A stretch of 64,000 nt of DNA from Hydrolagus colliei. Its lineage: Eukaryota. The translations under genes were made by a program, and so were the position numbers. The stretch is from NCBI GenBank assembly GCA_035084275.1, contig CM068742.1:154752001-154816000 (forward strand), in the 5' to 3' direction. Shown piece by piece: positions 23,490 to 36,760 of this stretch; position 1 is the stretch's first letter, and the number at the start of each line of letters is the position of its first letter. The notes beneath the pieces were generated by a model, which saw nothing but the letters and a program-made list of their open reading frames with translations, searched no databases and was not told the DNA's origin.

Positions 23490-23757
23490 GAGAAGCAAAG
23501 GGGAGCTGCGGAGAATTGTTTGCACTCAGCGAGTTGTTCAACCGTGGAATGCATTGCCTGAAAAGGTGGTGGAGGCCGATTCGATAACAACTTTTAAAAG
23601 AGAGGTAGACGTTTATTTGGGGAGGACGGGTTCGCGCGGTTATAGGGAGAGAGCTGGGGAGTGGGATTGAGTTGCTCTTTTCAAAGAGCCGGCACAGACT
23701 CGATGGGCCAAATGGCCTCCTTTTGTGCCATACGGAGCACTTAGATTCTATGATTCT
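23490..23757 (+). mobile_element. CR1 3' fragment (young family)
   Basis: ggagctgcggagaat..gctcttttcaaagagccggcacagactcgatggg, ending in attctatgattc. Confidence 0.88.
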
Positions 23758-23760
23758 CAC

Positions 23761-23812
23761 GCAGGGTAGTGTTCCAGAGTGCTTAAAGGACATTTGATAC
23801 TTGTATTTCCAG
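23761..23812 (-). CDS. Alternative or additional candidate gene C tail exon (52 nt)
   Basis: Acceptor ccttttcccctcactaccaacAG and donor GTGAGA; the reading frame is not resolved. Confidence 0.3.
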
Positions 23813-23998
23813 CTGTTGGTAGTGAGGGGAAAAGGTGAGGGTGAGGGGGGGTGGGGGGGGCGGTGAGGGAAACACAGACACAATTACCCACAGGCAAAAC
23901 TCTGCCCTTGTCAGAACTGCAGCTTTTTCCTTCTGTATTTGTGCAAGTCAGATGATGGGGTTCATTGACTGAAGCCAGAGGATCCTTGCACCACAACC

Positions 23999-24122
23999 TT
24001 ACAGCTGGTCATGCACATGTCTCAGATTAGCTTCCCAGCACAAGTTTGTCGTCACTGTGGAAGGCGGACATTCACTGCGTTGATCAGTCAGGCGCTGCTT
24101 TTCGTGAACTGCCCTTAAGCCC
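23999..24122 (-). CDS. Candidate gene C cytoplasmic exon 2 (EGLRAVHEKQRLTDQRSECPPSTVTTNLCWEANLRHVHDQL*)
   Basis: Acceptor ctccctttcctttcAG; the phase-2 frame is open to TAA at 23999-24001. Internal GTGAAT/GTAAGG donors are possible. Confidence 0.45.
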
Positions 24123-24486
24123 CTGAAAGGAAAGGGAGGTGCTTTTGAGTACCTACGATAAGTGAAATTGTAAGTGCTGATGAGAAACTAATAGTAATAA
24201 TAATAATCCTTGTATTTATTAAACCTCATCAAGTTGTTGAGAAGTCTCCAAGCACCTTATAGAATATTAAAGTGAAGTTTAGCACAGTAGTGTCCCACAA
24301 ATAGTCGTGGATTGAGCGAGTGATCAAATGTTTTTTGAAAGGATAATTACTCGCAGAAAGTGATCCATTAATTAATGAACAGCCATGTTCCTATTTTCTG
24401 TTAGACTGAGCGAAACTCATAATTAAATCTTTACCACAATTTGGACACATTTGTGTAAAGAGACAGGAAGAGAAATGGGAACTTAC

Positions 24487-24526
24487 TCGGATGACTCGCA
24501 TGTCCCAATTATGTATTTTCCTTTAT
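24487..24526 (-). CDS. Gene C cytoplasmic exon 1 (DKGKYIIGTCESS)
   Basis: tctctttttttcctctgacAG acceptor, GTAAGT donor; 40 nt, phase 1-2, the same phase pattern as the first tail exon of A and D. Confidence 0.7.
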
Positions 24527-25182
24527 CTGTCAGAGGAAAAAAAGAGACACTGTAATTAACTCAGTCACACAATAGGCCTGAAATCTCTCTGAGTCTCAGT
24601 CTGTGTTTGTGTTTGTGCAGAACTGTGGATAACCTCTACATACAATCTATAGTTTACAGTCTATAGTATGGGACAAGAGCGTGCATGCGACTGCCAGGAC
24701 GGTGGAAGGTGAATTGGATAGTCTTTGGTCTTCTTTTTTGTAGCAATTTTTATGTAGATGGATGGGATTTCTTTATTAGAAACCGTCGAAAACGCAGCTT
24801 TCGTAACCAATCGTAATTTCAGAATGTAACACATTAAGATATCTATAAGTTCTTCAAAAGTAATAATAACGGAGTTCGGTGATAAGGCAGGTCCGGAAAA
24901 TCTCTATAGCATTTAGTGGGCAACAAGATTCGTGAATTGAATGAATGACTATTCTTAGAGGATTAATAATTATAATTATCCTTGCATTTGATATAGCACC
25001 TTATCACGTCATTGAGTCTCAAAGCACTTTATAGAATATACTATAAAGTGGATTAACCGTGAATTTTGCAAATGCGACAGCTAATTATGCACAGCAGTTT
25101 TACTACCTCTGCAAAAGAATCCACTAATAATTGCAAGTGGATTTGGAACTCAGCAACAGTAAGTCTGTGGTAGTGGACCCAC

Positions 25183-25548
25183 CTTTCTTGATCTTCCAAA
25201 TGATGAGGAACACTGCCACAAGGAGAATGACAACAAAGATGGCCGCAGAGCCACAGATGACCCAGAGTAATTCGGGGCTCAGCTTCTCCTCGTTGCCTTG
25301 GTTATAGAAGGTCTGGAAAACGATCCCCAAGTGGTTAGTGACAGTGCAGGTGTAGTTGCCGGTGAGATGCGGGTTGTATACCCAGCTCTCGATCTGATAG
25401 CGGCCCAGGTTGTGAGAGACCGAGCTCTGGTTGCCTCTGGGGTTGGCCCAGGTGATGGTAGGTCTGGGCTCGCCCTCTGCAGTGCACGTCAGCATCTCGT
25501 GGGTTTGGTTCACTTTGTGCAACGTCATGTTCAGGATCAAGGGCGGAC
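25183..25548 (-). CDS. SIGLEC15-like: Gene C C2 domain + uncharged TM exon
   Basis: Acceptor ttcctatcccggtgccAG, donor G|GTGGGT; 366 nt, phase 1-1. Encodes PPLILNMT..LTCTAEGEPRPTITW..GNYTCTVTNHLG; TM LLWVICGSAAIFVVILLVAVFLIIW-KIKK. Confidence 0.92.
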
Positions 25549-27071
25549 CTGGCACCGGGATAGGAAGTGGAGTCAACGACACAAATTCGGCAAAACCACA
25601 GACCCAACAACAACAACAAAAAACAAGATTGAAAATAGGGGAGGGTGTGGAGGCACCTTCTGGAGTTTAACCATTCACTGTTGCCTGCATCAATGTCAAG
25701 TAATATCAAGTTACATGTGGAATAATAAAAATCTTTGCATTTGACACAGCGCCTTATCATGTAGTTGAGACGTCTCAAAATGCTTCACAGAAGCAAACTG
25801 TAAAGTTGGTTGACTTTAGATTATTAGGCGGTATGGGGAGAAAGTATGAAATTGGAATTGAAAGAAATAGAAGAGGTACAGATCAGCCATGATCTAATTA
25901 AATGGCAAAACAGGCTCAAAGAACTGAATAGCCTCTTCCTATGTTCCTATGAGTTTGTATTTTGTGGGTGAAATTTGGTAGCCAATTGTATGTGTCCCAC
26001 AAACAGACATTTATTGAGTGACCAAATTATTGATTGAGTGATCCTCCGATCAACTGACAACTTGATCAACTGGGTTCATACGTTTACGAGGCCTGTGTAA
26101 TAAGGAAACTTGCCTAAGTTTCTGCCCCGACCGGGAATCAAAGACTTAAATTCAGTCTTATTTTTATAAAATCAGCAGTAAAAACAGCCTCCAAACTGAC
26201 ATGGGAAAGAATATATTTTACATAAATCTGTGCCTTTAATGGTTTCAAGGATTAACTTTCTTACATTCTGACAATTTTAGGATAAACTGGTTGTGAAGGC
26301 TGAGCTAGGCCGCAGGCTTCAGGAAAGTGGGTTCAGACTGCGTGGCTCGTGTGTCTCAATAGTCTGGTTCCTGCCCGAATGTCTAGGGTGGTCCTTGCCG
26401 GGAAAGCAGCAATACCACCACCAACAACAACAATTGTTGTATAGCTCTGTACATAGAATAACGTCTCACCAATGCCATGGTTAGATAACAAGTGAGGGGA
26501 GTGGGAGCTGACCATTAAATATGGTTGAATAGGCAAATTTTAAGGAGGAATTTCAAGATAGAAAAAAAGAGTTTTAGGTGGAGAGATTGAGGCAGAAATT
26601 TCGAGAGGTTATGGATATAGTGACTGAAGCAGCAGGAAGCTTGTCAAAAAAACTATAGTGGAAATGGATGCAGAGCATCAGGTAATGGCTTTCATGTCAG
26701 TAGGACCTTTCCCTCCTTTTCCCCCCTTACCTTCCTTTCTCCCCCTCTTCCTACCTGACTTTACCCCACCCCACTTTTCCCTCCCTCTCCCCCCCTTACC
26801 CTCTTTTCTCCCTTTCTCCCCTGGCCTCATTTCCGTGACTGTTTGTAGCCCACTGCTGTGGGCAATGTGGCTGCCTCTTTTGCCCACAAATATACAGTCA
26901 GTTTTCCTGCTCTCCTTCCCCCTGCCCCGGCCCTTCCCCTTGCCATCTCTCCCCTTTACCCTCTTTTCCCCCTTTCTCCCGTAATACCACTTCCATGATA
27001 GTTTGTGGGGACGCTGCTGTGCGCAATTTGGCTGCTGCGTTTCTCCCACAAATATACAGTCAATTCTCCTA

Positions 27072-27535
27072 CTCTCATAAGAACATAAGAATTAGGAGCA
27101 GGAGTAGGCCATTCGGCCTCTCGAGCCTGCTGCGCCATTCAATAATATGTTTCAATAAGATCCCCCCTAATGCTTCTGTACTCTGGAGAATACAGCCCTA
27201 GTTTATTCAACCTATCCTCATAGGTCAGTCCCCTCATCCCAGGAACTAACCGAGTGAATCTACGCTGGCCCCCCTCTAAGGCAAGTATGTCCTTTAGTAA
27301 ATAAGGAGACCAAACCTGCACACAATACTCTAGGTGCGGTCTCACCAGAGCCCTATACAGTTGCAGCAAGACTTGCCTACTCTTATAACTCTAAACCTTT
27401 TGAAATGAATGCTAGCATGCCGTTCCCCTTCTTAGTTGCTTGCTGCACCTGCAAACTAACTGTTTGGGACTGGTGTACAAGGACACCCAAATCCCTTTGA
27501 ATACTAACACTATCTAACTTCTCCCCCTCTAGAAA
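27072..27535 (-). mobile_element. CR1 fragment in the gene C V-C2 intron
   Basis: ORF 27139-27369: [21 protein letters not shown].. Confidence 0.88.
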
Positions 27536-27683
27536 ATAGAGTTGGCTTTAGTCAAGCCTAGATGTAATAAATATACGATTAAGGGTCTCAGCAGCATATG
27601 ATGAGAGCCAGTGGTGGAGACGGGTGATGTTCTGAGGGAAGGCAGAATGGATGTGGGGTAGTCTGATTAAATGCATTGCATAC

Positions 27684-28073
27684 CTGTCACCTCCAGCGTG
27701 ATGCCTGGGTTGCTCTCATGCTTGGACGTGTAGATCATCTTCCGTGAGATCTCCACACGGCAGAAATAATCCTCATTGTCCTCCAGCTCTGCCCTGTCCA
27801 GCTGGAGGGAGGCATCCTGATCTCTGGGGTTCCCGACCAGCATGTAACGCTTCCCTGCGTTCACTTTTACGTTCATCGTGTTATTGTCCTGAATCACCGA
27901 TTGGAATATAACCGGCCCTTTAAAGAATTTCCTTATTCTCCAGAGCACGGTGATCTCCACAGTGGTGTAGTGAGCGTAGGGGGAGGTAAACTTACAGGGC
28001 AGGATAACAGGGTCCCCCAACCTGCCACTCACTCTGCTTGGGACCTCTACCTTGACGACGTTCTCCACTCCGG
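27684..28073 (-). CDS. SIGLEC15-like: Gene C Ig V-set exon, Siglec-15-like, essential Arg intact
   Basis: Acceptor gtttcattgcaaaacAG, donor G|GTATGC; 390 nt, phase 1-1. Encodes VEVPSRVSGRLGDPVILPCKFTSP..GPVIF..RYMLVGNPRDQDASLQL..DYFCRVE. Confidence 0.93.
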
Positions 28074-28189
28074 CTGTTTTGCAATGAAACACACCAAACA
28101 CAAAAGATTAGAATACATTATACATGAGAATATAGAACACAGAAACAGGCCATTCAGCCCAACTGGTCTATGTCGGTGTTTATGCCCTG

Positions 28190-28472
28190 TGGAGTCTTGT
28201 AGCTCAGTGGTTAAAGATCTCTGTTTCGAATCCAGGCAGGTCAGGGCAAAACCTGGAACCTTACTCCATATGCCTAATAATAATCGATCCAAAAAAACCT
28301 GTAATAAATTAGTCATTTGAATCCACGACTGTTTGTGGGACACTGCTGTGTGCAATTGGCTGATGCATTTCGCCCACGGAAACAGTCAAATCACTTTACA
28401 GTATATTATGTGAAGAGCTTTAGACATCCAGTATACGTGAAAATCGCTATATCAAATGCAAACATTATTATC
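28190..28472 (+). mobile_element. tRNA-derived SINE
   Basis: gtagctcagtggttaaag..ttcgaatccaggcagg head and shared body. Confidence 0.8.
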
Positions 28473-28934
28473 TAGCTTCTTCTTGAATCCATCAATGCTA
28501 TTTACCACAACAACTCCTTGTGGTAGCGAGTTCCACATTCTCACTACTCTCTGCGTAAATAATTTTTTTCTAACTTCCCTAATTGATCTATTTGTGACTC
28601 TTTTATATTGTTGTGCACTTATCTAACAGAACCAGTCAACGTCCTTGGACTGCCTGGTACTGTCCCAAAACACCTAAACAAACAGGTTTGTGATGAGTTA
28701 CTGTCTATCAAACATTGTCTGAACACGAGTTGAGCAAAATGTAATCTGAGATTGATTCTGTATATTAACCCATGGGACTGTCCCATCGGCAGAGGTAGAG
28801 TACTGACTCTCTTGAGAGACGTACTTTCTCTCTCCTTGCTGCAAGTATTGAATAAACTATATTTCTGAGCTAACTCTGTTTGTGAGTGTTTGTTTAATCC
28901 TAGTTATAGTGACTACATCCTGGATTCGACAACC

Positions 28935-30215
28935 CCAGGACCGAGCCAGAGGCAGGGGTAGAAAGGTGACCAAAGGCACAGTCGAAGAGAAAAGTATTTA
29001 ACTGTGACCTGAAGAGAGGGGGCGAGGCGAGGGGAGTGAGGAAGGGAGTTCCAGGCACGGCCTGGAAGGCACGGCCGCCGAGGGCAGAGCAGAGCATTCG
29101 GGGGAACATGAAGGAGGCCAGACCTAATGGAGCGAAGGCAGCAGGTGCTGATTTGGGGAGAGAGATCAGAGAGGTAGGGGAGTGCAGAGGAGTGGAGGGA
29201 TTTGAAAACAAGGGTGAGGATCTTGAAGTCGATCCTCTCAGGGATAGGGAGCCAGTGTAGTCTGGCAAGGACTGGGGAAATTGGGGAGCGGAGTTTGGTG
29301 CGGGTGAGTATACAGGTGGCAGAGTTTTGAATTAGCTAGGTTTTGTGGATTGTGGTGGAGGGGAGACCGGAGAGGAGGGCGTTGCAATAGTCCAGCCGAG
29401 AGGTGACAAAGGCCTAGACCAGGGATTCAGTGGCTTTTGAGGTGAGGTATTGCCGGAGACGGGGGATCCGTCGGAGGTGGTAGAAGGTGGTGCTGGTGAG
29501 GGACCGGATGTGGGGGAGGAAGGACAGTTGGGGGTCGAACTTGATGCCTACGTTGTGCACAGGTTGGGAGAGTTTTAGGGGCCTGGCCGGGAAGGTGGAG
29601 GAGGTGAGAGCCGTGTGAATGGAGACGTTGACGAGAGCCAAGGAGTATGGCCTCCGTCTTGTCGACATTCAGCTGCAGGAAGTTCGCGCTCATCCAGCTT
29701 CTGATGTGTGACAGGCAGCTGACAGGACATCAGGGGACTGGGGGTCACAGAGTGAAGTGGAGAAATAGAGTTGGGTGTCATCCGCGTACATGTGGAAGTG
29801 TGCCCCATGTCTGCGGATCGCATCCCCAAGAGGGAGCGTGTAGATGAGGAAGAGGAGGGGGCCAAGGATGGATCCCTGGGGTACCCCACAGGTAACTGGG
29901 TGAGAGCGGGAGGACAAGCCATTTGTGGAGATGTGCTGCTGGCGGTTTGTGAGGTAGGGACTCGAACCAGGCGAGTGCGGTCCCACTGAGGTGGATGACG
30001 GAGGACAGGGGGTGGGGGAGGATGGTCTGGTCGACTGTGACGAACGCAGCCGACAGGTCCAGGAGGATAAGGAGGCAGAGGGAGCCCTGGTCACAGATAG
30101 AGAGGACGTCGTTTGTGACTTTCACGAGCACAGTCTCTGTACTGTGGCCAGGGGGGAAACCAGACTGGAAGGGTTAGAAGAAGAAGTGGGAGGAGAGGTG
30201 GGCGTGGAGTTAATT
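28935..30215 (-). mobile_element. L2 LINE RT/3' fragment
   Basis: [36 protein letters not shown] and L2 C-terminal frames, with frameshifts. Confidence 0.92.
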
Positions 30216-32074
30216 TGCATCAATATAGTAATAACAACAATTATTATTATTAAATGTTGTAGCCCTGTAGCTCGGTTGGTCACTTCAATCCACGCCTGTT
30301 TGTGGGACGCTGCTGTTGCACAATTGGCTGCCATGGTTCCCCCACAAATACAGAGTCAATTCACTTTACAGTATATTCTGTAAAGTGCATTGAGATGTAT
30401 AGAAGACGTGAAAAACATTATATCAAATGCAAGGATTATTATTTTTATGATGCTTGCATTTGATATAGCACATCATCATGTCATTGAGACTCCTCAAAGC
30501 ACTTCACAGAATACACTGTAAAGTGAATATTGTAAAGTTTGGAATGATAAAGGCCCTTTAGCCCATTTGATCACAGTCCCACCCGCCCATCCTCCCATCG
30601 CAGCATCTAAGTCCTGACATCAACTGCACATTTCCTGATAACCAGTTCCACCTTTTAAAATAATTACTTCCTGCCTGATCCACCAACTACCACTGTAAAC
30701 TCTCTTATGAGTCGGATCAGTTTCATTGGTCACACGTTTACCTGTAGGCTGTTCTGCCTTCAAGGCCTATGGAAATAACAACAGCCCTTCTCTTCATATC
30801 ATTATAATAAAGGTCACATATGATACCTCTCACGTCAGCCAGGCATGCAAAAGCCTTACAAAGTAACTCTGTCCCCACCCTCAGGAACTCCATCCCGCAG
30901 TCGCTCCGCCTCGCCCCATCCTTTAATCTCCTACAAGACCCACCTCAAGACCCCTCTTTGAATGTGCTTTTGATCAACCACCTTCCACCACTACCCCCAC
31001 CCCTGCCCCCAGCTCGGTTCCCAAATATTGTCTGCCCAGCGCCTTGGGACATCCTCTCGACCTGAAAGGCATTATACACATGTAATCTTATTGTTTTTGT
31101 TGGTTGCAGTATATACTAGATAGTGTAGTGACTAGTGACAGTTATTTAATCATATGTGAGAACACAATAATATTCCACAGACACCCATGAGGTGGACGGC
31201 TAATTATTTTATCTCTAGGATTGTTGGCCAGGATACTGGTGGAGCGAAACCCCCTCCTTTTTCAAAGGGATATTTAATGTCCACCTAAATAGCCAGATAA
31301 ACCTCTATTTTACTTCTCATTTGAGGATGGCACTTCTGATAATGCATGGTATCACAGTATCATCTCCAACAGTGATTCCAAGTCACGGCATTGGGACTTG
31401 AACCTGCAACCTTCTTGACTTCCTAGTCAAGAGTACGACCAAGCTGGCTGCAGCATTTGCCTACAAAATACAGTCACTGCAGTTACAGCACTGGAGCTAT
31501 AGCACTCTGTCACTTGAGATACACCAAACCTGGCCAGACAAATTGGGAGGGGAAGTGGCGAGATGCAGTCTGGCCAGCTGGAATCACTCAAGCAGATGAT
31601 AGTTCGCTAACTGAAGCATAGGAGTTAAAGCACTCACCTTGCAAATAATAGGCCCTGGGTTTGATTGCCAAACAGAGCGAAATTTTAGGCCAGTTTCTTA
31701 CTCCACATGCCTCTGTTTGCCCAGCAGTAACTAGGAACCCAGTTGTTGGTTGATTGCCAGAGCTAATAGCTGTTTGTCGGAGCTAATAATCCCTTTGAAA
31801 AATAATCTTAATTTAGTCACTCAATCCACGACTGTTTATGGGACACTGTTTTGGGCAAACGATTACCAGGTTTCGCCCTTAAAATTTACACTCAATTCAC
31901 TGTACAGTATATTCTGTGAAGCACTTTGAGATGTTTCAAAGACACTATATCAAATGCAAGGATTATTACTATCGTGAATAAACTATCACATATTGGTAGG
32001 ATTGAAACTGCATTCAAGTTGATATGAAACGCTCTGAGACTCATGGAGAGCATTATATAAGAGCAAGTTGTAGG

Positions 32075-32200
32075 CCAGGGTCTGTGTGTGTGAGGGGAGT
32101 AGTTCAATGTATGTGTATGAGGGAAGTAGGCCAGTGTCTGTGTGTGTGGGGAGAGTAGTCCAGGGTCTGTGTGTGTGAGGAGAGTAGGCCAGTGTCTGTT
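32075..32200. repeat. Short tandem array, about 4 x ~32 bp (gtaggccag(g/t)gtctgtgtgtgtgaggggag)
   Basis: Visible imperfect repeats. Confidence 0.75.
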
Positions 32201-34474
32201 GTGTCAGACTCTATGAATTTATTTCTCTCTGTTTTGGACTAAGTCCAAAGACCAAGGTCCAGATAACTGGGTGTTTACTGTATTTCAAATCTAGATGTCA
32301 AATGCTGGAATTATTCAGTTAATGAAACTTTCGCCCTTGCCCTTCCCCAATCCTCTCTTGTAGTTATTTGTGAGATTTTAACTTCTGTGACTTAGTGGCT
32401 GAACCTCCCCACGTTTAACACTGATGACAAACTGCAGTGACGAGCAGACTATGAAGGGGACACAGGAAGCGGTGACACATACTGTACAAGTTATCCAGAA
32501 AGGGGAAGCGAAAAACTCCATTCATGACCTCGTGATCAGGATGTGTAATGTGGTAAACTTTTCCAGACTTGGTTTAGTTCCTTTGTTCAGCCAGCAGTGT
32601 GGTTGGCTGCTAAAATGATCCTCCAACATTAGTAAAAAACAAAAGACTCGGAATAAAAATATATGATTTGGTCACTTAATCCACAGCAGCTGCATTTTGC
32701 CCACAAAATATACAGTCTATTCTGTGAATCATGTTGAAACATCTCAAAGATGTGATAAGGTGCCATATCAAATGCAAGTGTTATTATTACACAGCAGCCT
32801 TCTCACCCATGTGCCCTCCACTCCTCCGTCTCTATTCTTCTCGCACTCTTCCATTCCCAATCGCTGATAGAACCTTCCCCTAATTACACAACTTGCTCTA
32901 TGGAATTTCCACCACTCCCCAAAACAAAATCCACCTCTATTAACACAAGTCTGAAATGTCTTTGAACATTCCCTCAAATTTCCCTGCATCTCCAGCCCTC
33001 TTTGTCGCCCGTTGTGAAGAGCTTTGAGCTCCTTATTTATCACCCTCCTCTTTCACACTTTTTATAAAAAATAATTATCCTTGCATTTGATACAGTGCCT
33101 TGTCACATCGTTGAGATGTCTCAAAGTGTTTTGACATGTTTACCCTGCTAACCCAATTTCCTAATTCATGTTAATTAATTCTTCATTATTATGATAGGTA
33201 ATCAGTTCAGAGAGCATTAGGCGCAGGCTGCCAAGAACCAAGGCTTGGAGACCGCACATTCTGGGGTCTGGCACCAATAACAGGATACAACCAAGACTTG
33301 GCTTGAGTTTCTCTTCACATGATCATGAGCCTGCTTTGAATTCTCATTATATCTGCATATTCCTAGTCACTTGATCTCTGACAGAAAATAATAATAATCC
33401 TTGAATTTGCCTTATCACATCTTTGAAAAGTCTAAAAAGGTTCACAGAATATACTGTAATGTGAATTTACTATAAGTAGCCAATTGCACACAGCATTGTC
33501 CCACAAACATTTGTGAATTGGTTGATCAAATTATTATTTTAAAATTTGGGGGGAAAGGATTATTACCCCCACAAAAACAATCCACCAATCGACTAACAAC
33601 TAGGTTCCTACTTACTGCTTAGGTAAACAGCGGAATGCGGAGTAAGGAATTTCTCCCATCCCTCTGTACCGGCTTTTGGGAACTGGATCATCATCCTTGC
33701 GTTTTATCCTCATGTTTAATATTGCACCTCATCATATCGTTGAGATGCTTCACAGAATAAACATAAAGTGGATTGACTATCTGTTTTGTTGGCGAAACGC
33801 GGCAAGCATTACGCACCAAAGCATCCCACAAACAGCCGTGGATTGAGTGACCACATTATAATATTTGGATGGGTGGGGGGACATTTATTCTCATCGGAAA
33901 GTCATTCAACAATAAACTAATGTATCAGCTTCCTGGATAAACAGAGTGTGCTGAGTAAGGGAAGTTACCTACAGTTTTGCCCAGGAATCAAACCCAGGTC
34001 CTCTCGCTTGCGAGGTTAGCCATTACATTACAAAGTGTAGAAAGTCTAACCATTACAAACTACAGGAATTAAACGCCTTCAATTCACGAAAACATTGAAA
34101 CTTTCATCTCCCAACCCACACGCGTTGAAGCAGGAAACAGAAAATGCAAGGTGTTTAAAACATAAAAAATTCAAGGAATTTTAACACTGAAAGTCAGATT
34201 AACAGGAACTCGCTCAGATGGAAGCCATAGGAGAACTGAGACGAGGGACAGCCAGTAACCCACGACACATTTTTCTGATATTGTATTCTTAAATCAATCT
34301 TAATTTCTAGTGCACACACCCTATCCCTTAAATGCTGACAGACTGATCGAAACCCAATGTCTTGCCCCGTTCAGTCTCAGGAATCAAATGAAATGGAAAA
34401 AACACAGAGAGGAATCGCATTGTAACCAACATTGTTTGTTCCTGGAGGGTTTTAAACCCTCACTGAGTACCTAC

Positions 34475-34523
34475 CTGTGCTGCAGATAATCAAGGCCACA
34501 AGGATTAAGCAAAGAGCAGTCAT
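34475..34523 (-). CDS. Gene C signal-peptide exon (MTALCLILVALIICST)
   Basis: ATG in gagaaaATGA context, 16 codons with a hydrophobic core, G|GTAGGT donor in phase 1; joins in frame to the V exon at 28073. Confidence 0.75.
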
Positions 34524-35083
34524 TTTCTCCCGAAAGATCACAGAGACTCAGCTAGTTTACAATCCGCACTGTGAAGGTTATGCACAGACCAGAAAAACTA
34601 TAGCTCTATGTGTTCTTGTGCTGGCCCAATCAAAGGCACAATGAGATCATATCATTAAAATACACTGAGCTGGAATTCCCCTAAGTGTGCGTCATGTTGC
34701 AGTCAGGTGCACTCAGCCCTAGCTGTCAAAGGCATTTAGGAAATTTGGGGCTGGGTATTTTTTGCATTACACACTTACAAATATGCCTCAAATTGCCTCA
34801 CATGATTTACACTAATTGGTTTATCACTCTGAACCGCCTTCAAAATAAAATTTCAGTCACCGGATCCACAAATTTGCTGTGCACCATTGACTTCTGCTTT
34901 TCGTCCACAAAATATAGTCACTTCACTTTACTGTGTATCATGTGAAGCGGTTTGAGATCCTCAAAGTTTTGATAAGGTGCTAAATCAAATGCAACGATTA
35001 TTATTATTTGCAATGACTTATCGAAAGGTCAGCACAACTGACAATATAGCACTCATCAAGCACTCCACTACAGTAAAATAAAG

Positions 35084-35257
35084 CAGAAGTTGCTGGGGAA
35101 ACTCAGCAGGTCAGGCAGCATCCATGGAGAAAGGAAAATGAGTCAACGTTTCGGGTCTACAACCCCTCTGACAAAGGGCTGTAAACCCGAAACGTTGACT
35201 CATTTTCCCTTCTCCATGGATGCTGCCTGACCTGCTGAGTTTCCCCAGCAACTTCTG
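35084..35257. repeat. Penelope-derived palindrome, 73-bp arms with 1 mismatch
   Basis: 35084-35156 is the reverse complement of 35185-35257; the 28-nt centre carries a hammerhead-like core. Confidence 0.92.
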
Positions 35258-36129
35258 ATTTTGTTTTAGATTCCCAGGATCTGTAGTATTTTGTGTTTTG
35301 TTCACTCTATTACAGTGTTTCCCTAGACTATGAGTTGCAGGCCCCATGTTGGGACCTTGATTGAGTTCATAAATCCAGCTGACATTTCTTCGTGGGTATT
35401 TCGATACTACCAAGCAGTGTCTGTGTGAACAGGCAAAAGCAGCCCTGGTTTGTACCCAGCAACTTCTCACACGTGCAGCCTTGAAGTTGAGCAAGTGTCT
35501 CTGAGGATTGTCAGCCGAGACACCGGAAGAAACTTTCACCTCTTTTATTAATACTAATAATCCTTTCATTTGATGTAGCATTCCATCATGTTGTTGAGAC
35601 TCTCAAAGCGCTTCAGAGGATATACTTTAAAGTGGATAGAGACAAACGTTTTTGAGACAAACTCCCTTCTCCCTAACCACAGGATTTTTAACGTCCACCT
35701 GAACAGGGCAACGGGATCTCAGTTTAACATCTCATCTGAAGGCACAGGACCTCCAGTAATGCAGCACGTTTTAACAAAAGCATCGTTGATTTTGAACATC
35801 TGCCCAAATAGGCTGCCGACAAAAGACAGGTTTGTAACAGACCTGGGGTTCCCCCGATACAGTTCTGCAGCTATTGCCTGTAAAGAAAAAGATCCCTGGG
35901 GACATCAATAGGGGGAGAACATTCACAGAAATTTGGAGGGATATTTTGGGGGGAGTTTGGGCTTGCTATGTGACTAACAATTTGATTTTACACAGTCTTT
36001 TAGTTAAAGTAGCTTAATAAAACTTGATTGTTTAAAATACGCACAACAGTGTCTCATAAACAGTCATGGATTGAAATGATACAATTTTATTAGTGTGTTT
36101 TTTCTTTTGGAGGGATTATTATTATTAGG

Positions 36130-36760
36130 CGTGAATTAGAAGGTTGTTATCCTGACGTGAAAGGTGCTCTATAAATGGAATTCTGTTGTATTTTGTTGTT
36201 GTAAGAACGGTTGGGGGCAAGGGTGTGGTTTTGGGAAGATGATCAAAGGGCAAACGGTCAAGGAGGAGGGTCTTGAAAAGGGAGTGTTGAATGAGATAAG
36301 GGAATGAAGTATTCATGGTCGAAGAGGAAGATCTTGAGAGGACATTAAACAACAACAAAATTACATTTATAGAGCGCTTTTCACGTCAACAGGACATCCC
36401 AAGGCGCTGACCAGTTAGGTCGGGACCTGAGCAAGGTAGAAGGTCAGGGTAGGGAGGAAGGGTAGTAGAGAGTTAGGAGGGGAGAGAGAGAGTTGGGAGG
36501 GCAGCAGAAGGCACGGTCGAAGAGGAGGGTCTTGAGACCGGCCTTGAAGGAGGCGAGGGAAGGAGAGAGGTGAAGGGACTGTGGGATGGAGTTCCAGAGT
36601 GTGGGGGCAGAGAGGCTGAAAGCCTGGCCACCGATGGTAGGGTGGGTCGGGCGGGAGACACGGAGCAGGCCGGAGCCCACTGAAAGGAGGGAGCAGGGAG
36701 ATTCATAGGGGGACAGTAGGTTGGGGAGTCAGTGGGGGGGGCAAGGCCTTGAATGGCCCT
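36130..36760 (-). mobile_element. L2 3' fragments
   Basis: GLLRVSRPTHPTIGGQAFSLSAPTLWNSIP frame and (aac)n tails. Confidence 0.8.

Noticed and set aside
26658-27049. Pro/Phe-rich and Gly/Lys-rich ORFs (also 38561-38902)
   Set aside because: Polypyrimidine low-complexity sequence plus a SINE fragment; no domain signature or splice support.
30742-30766. 25-nt AG/GT mini-exon on - between the gene C leader and V (similar 22-nt candidate near 58945-58966)
   Set aside because: Its length breaks the phase 1-1 frame, and the leader already joins V in frame. It would need an unseen compensating exon.
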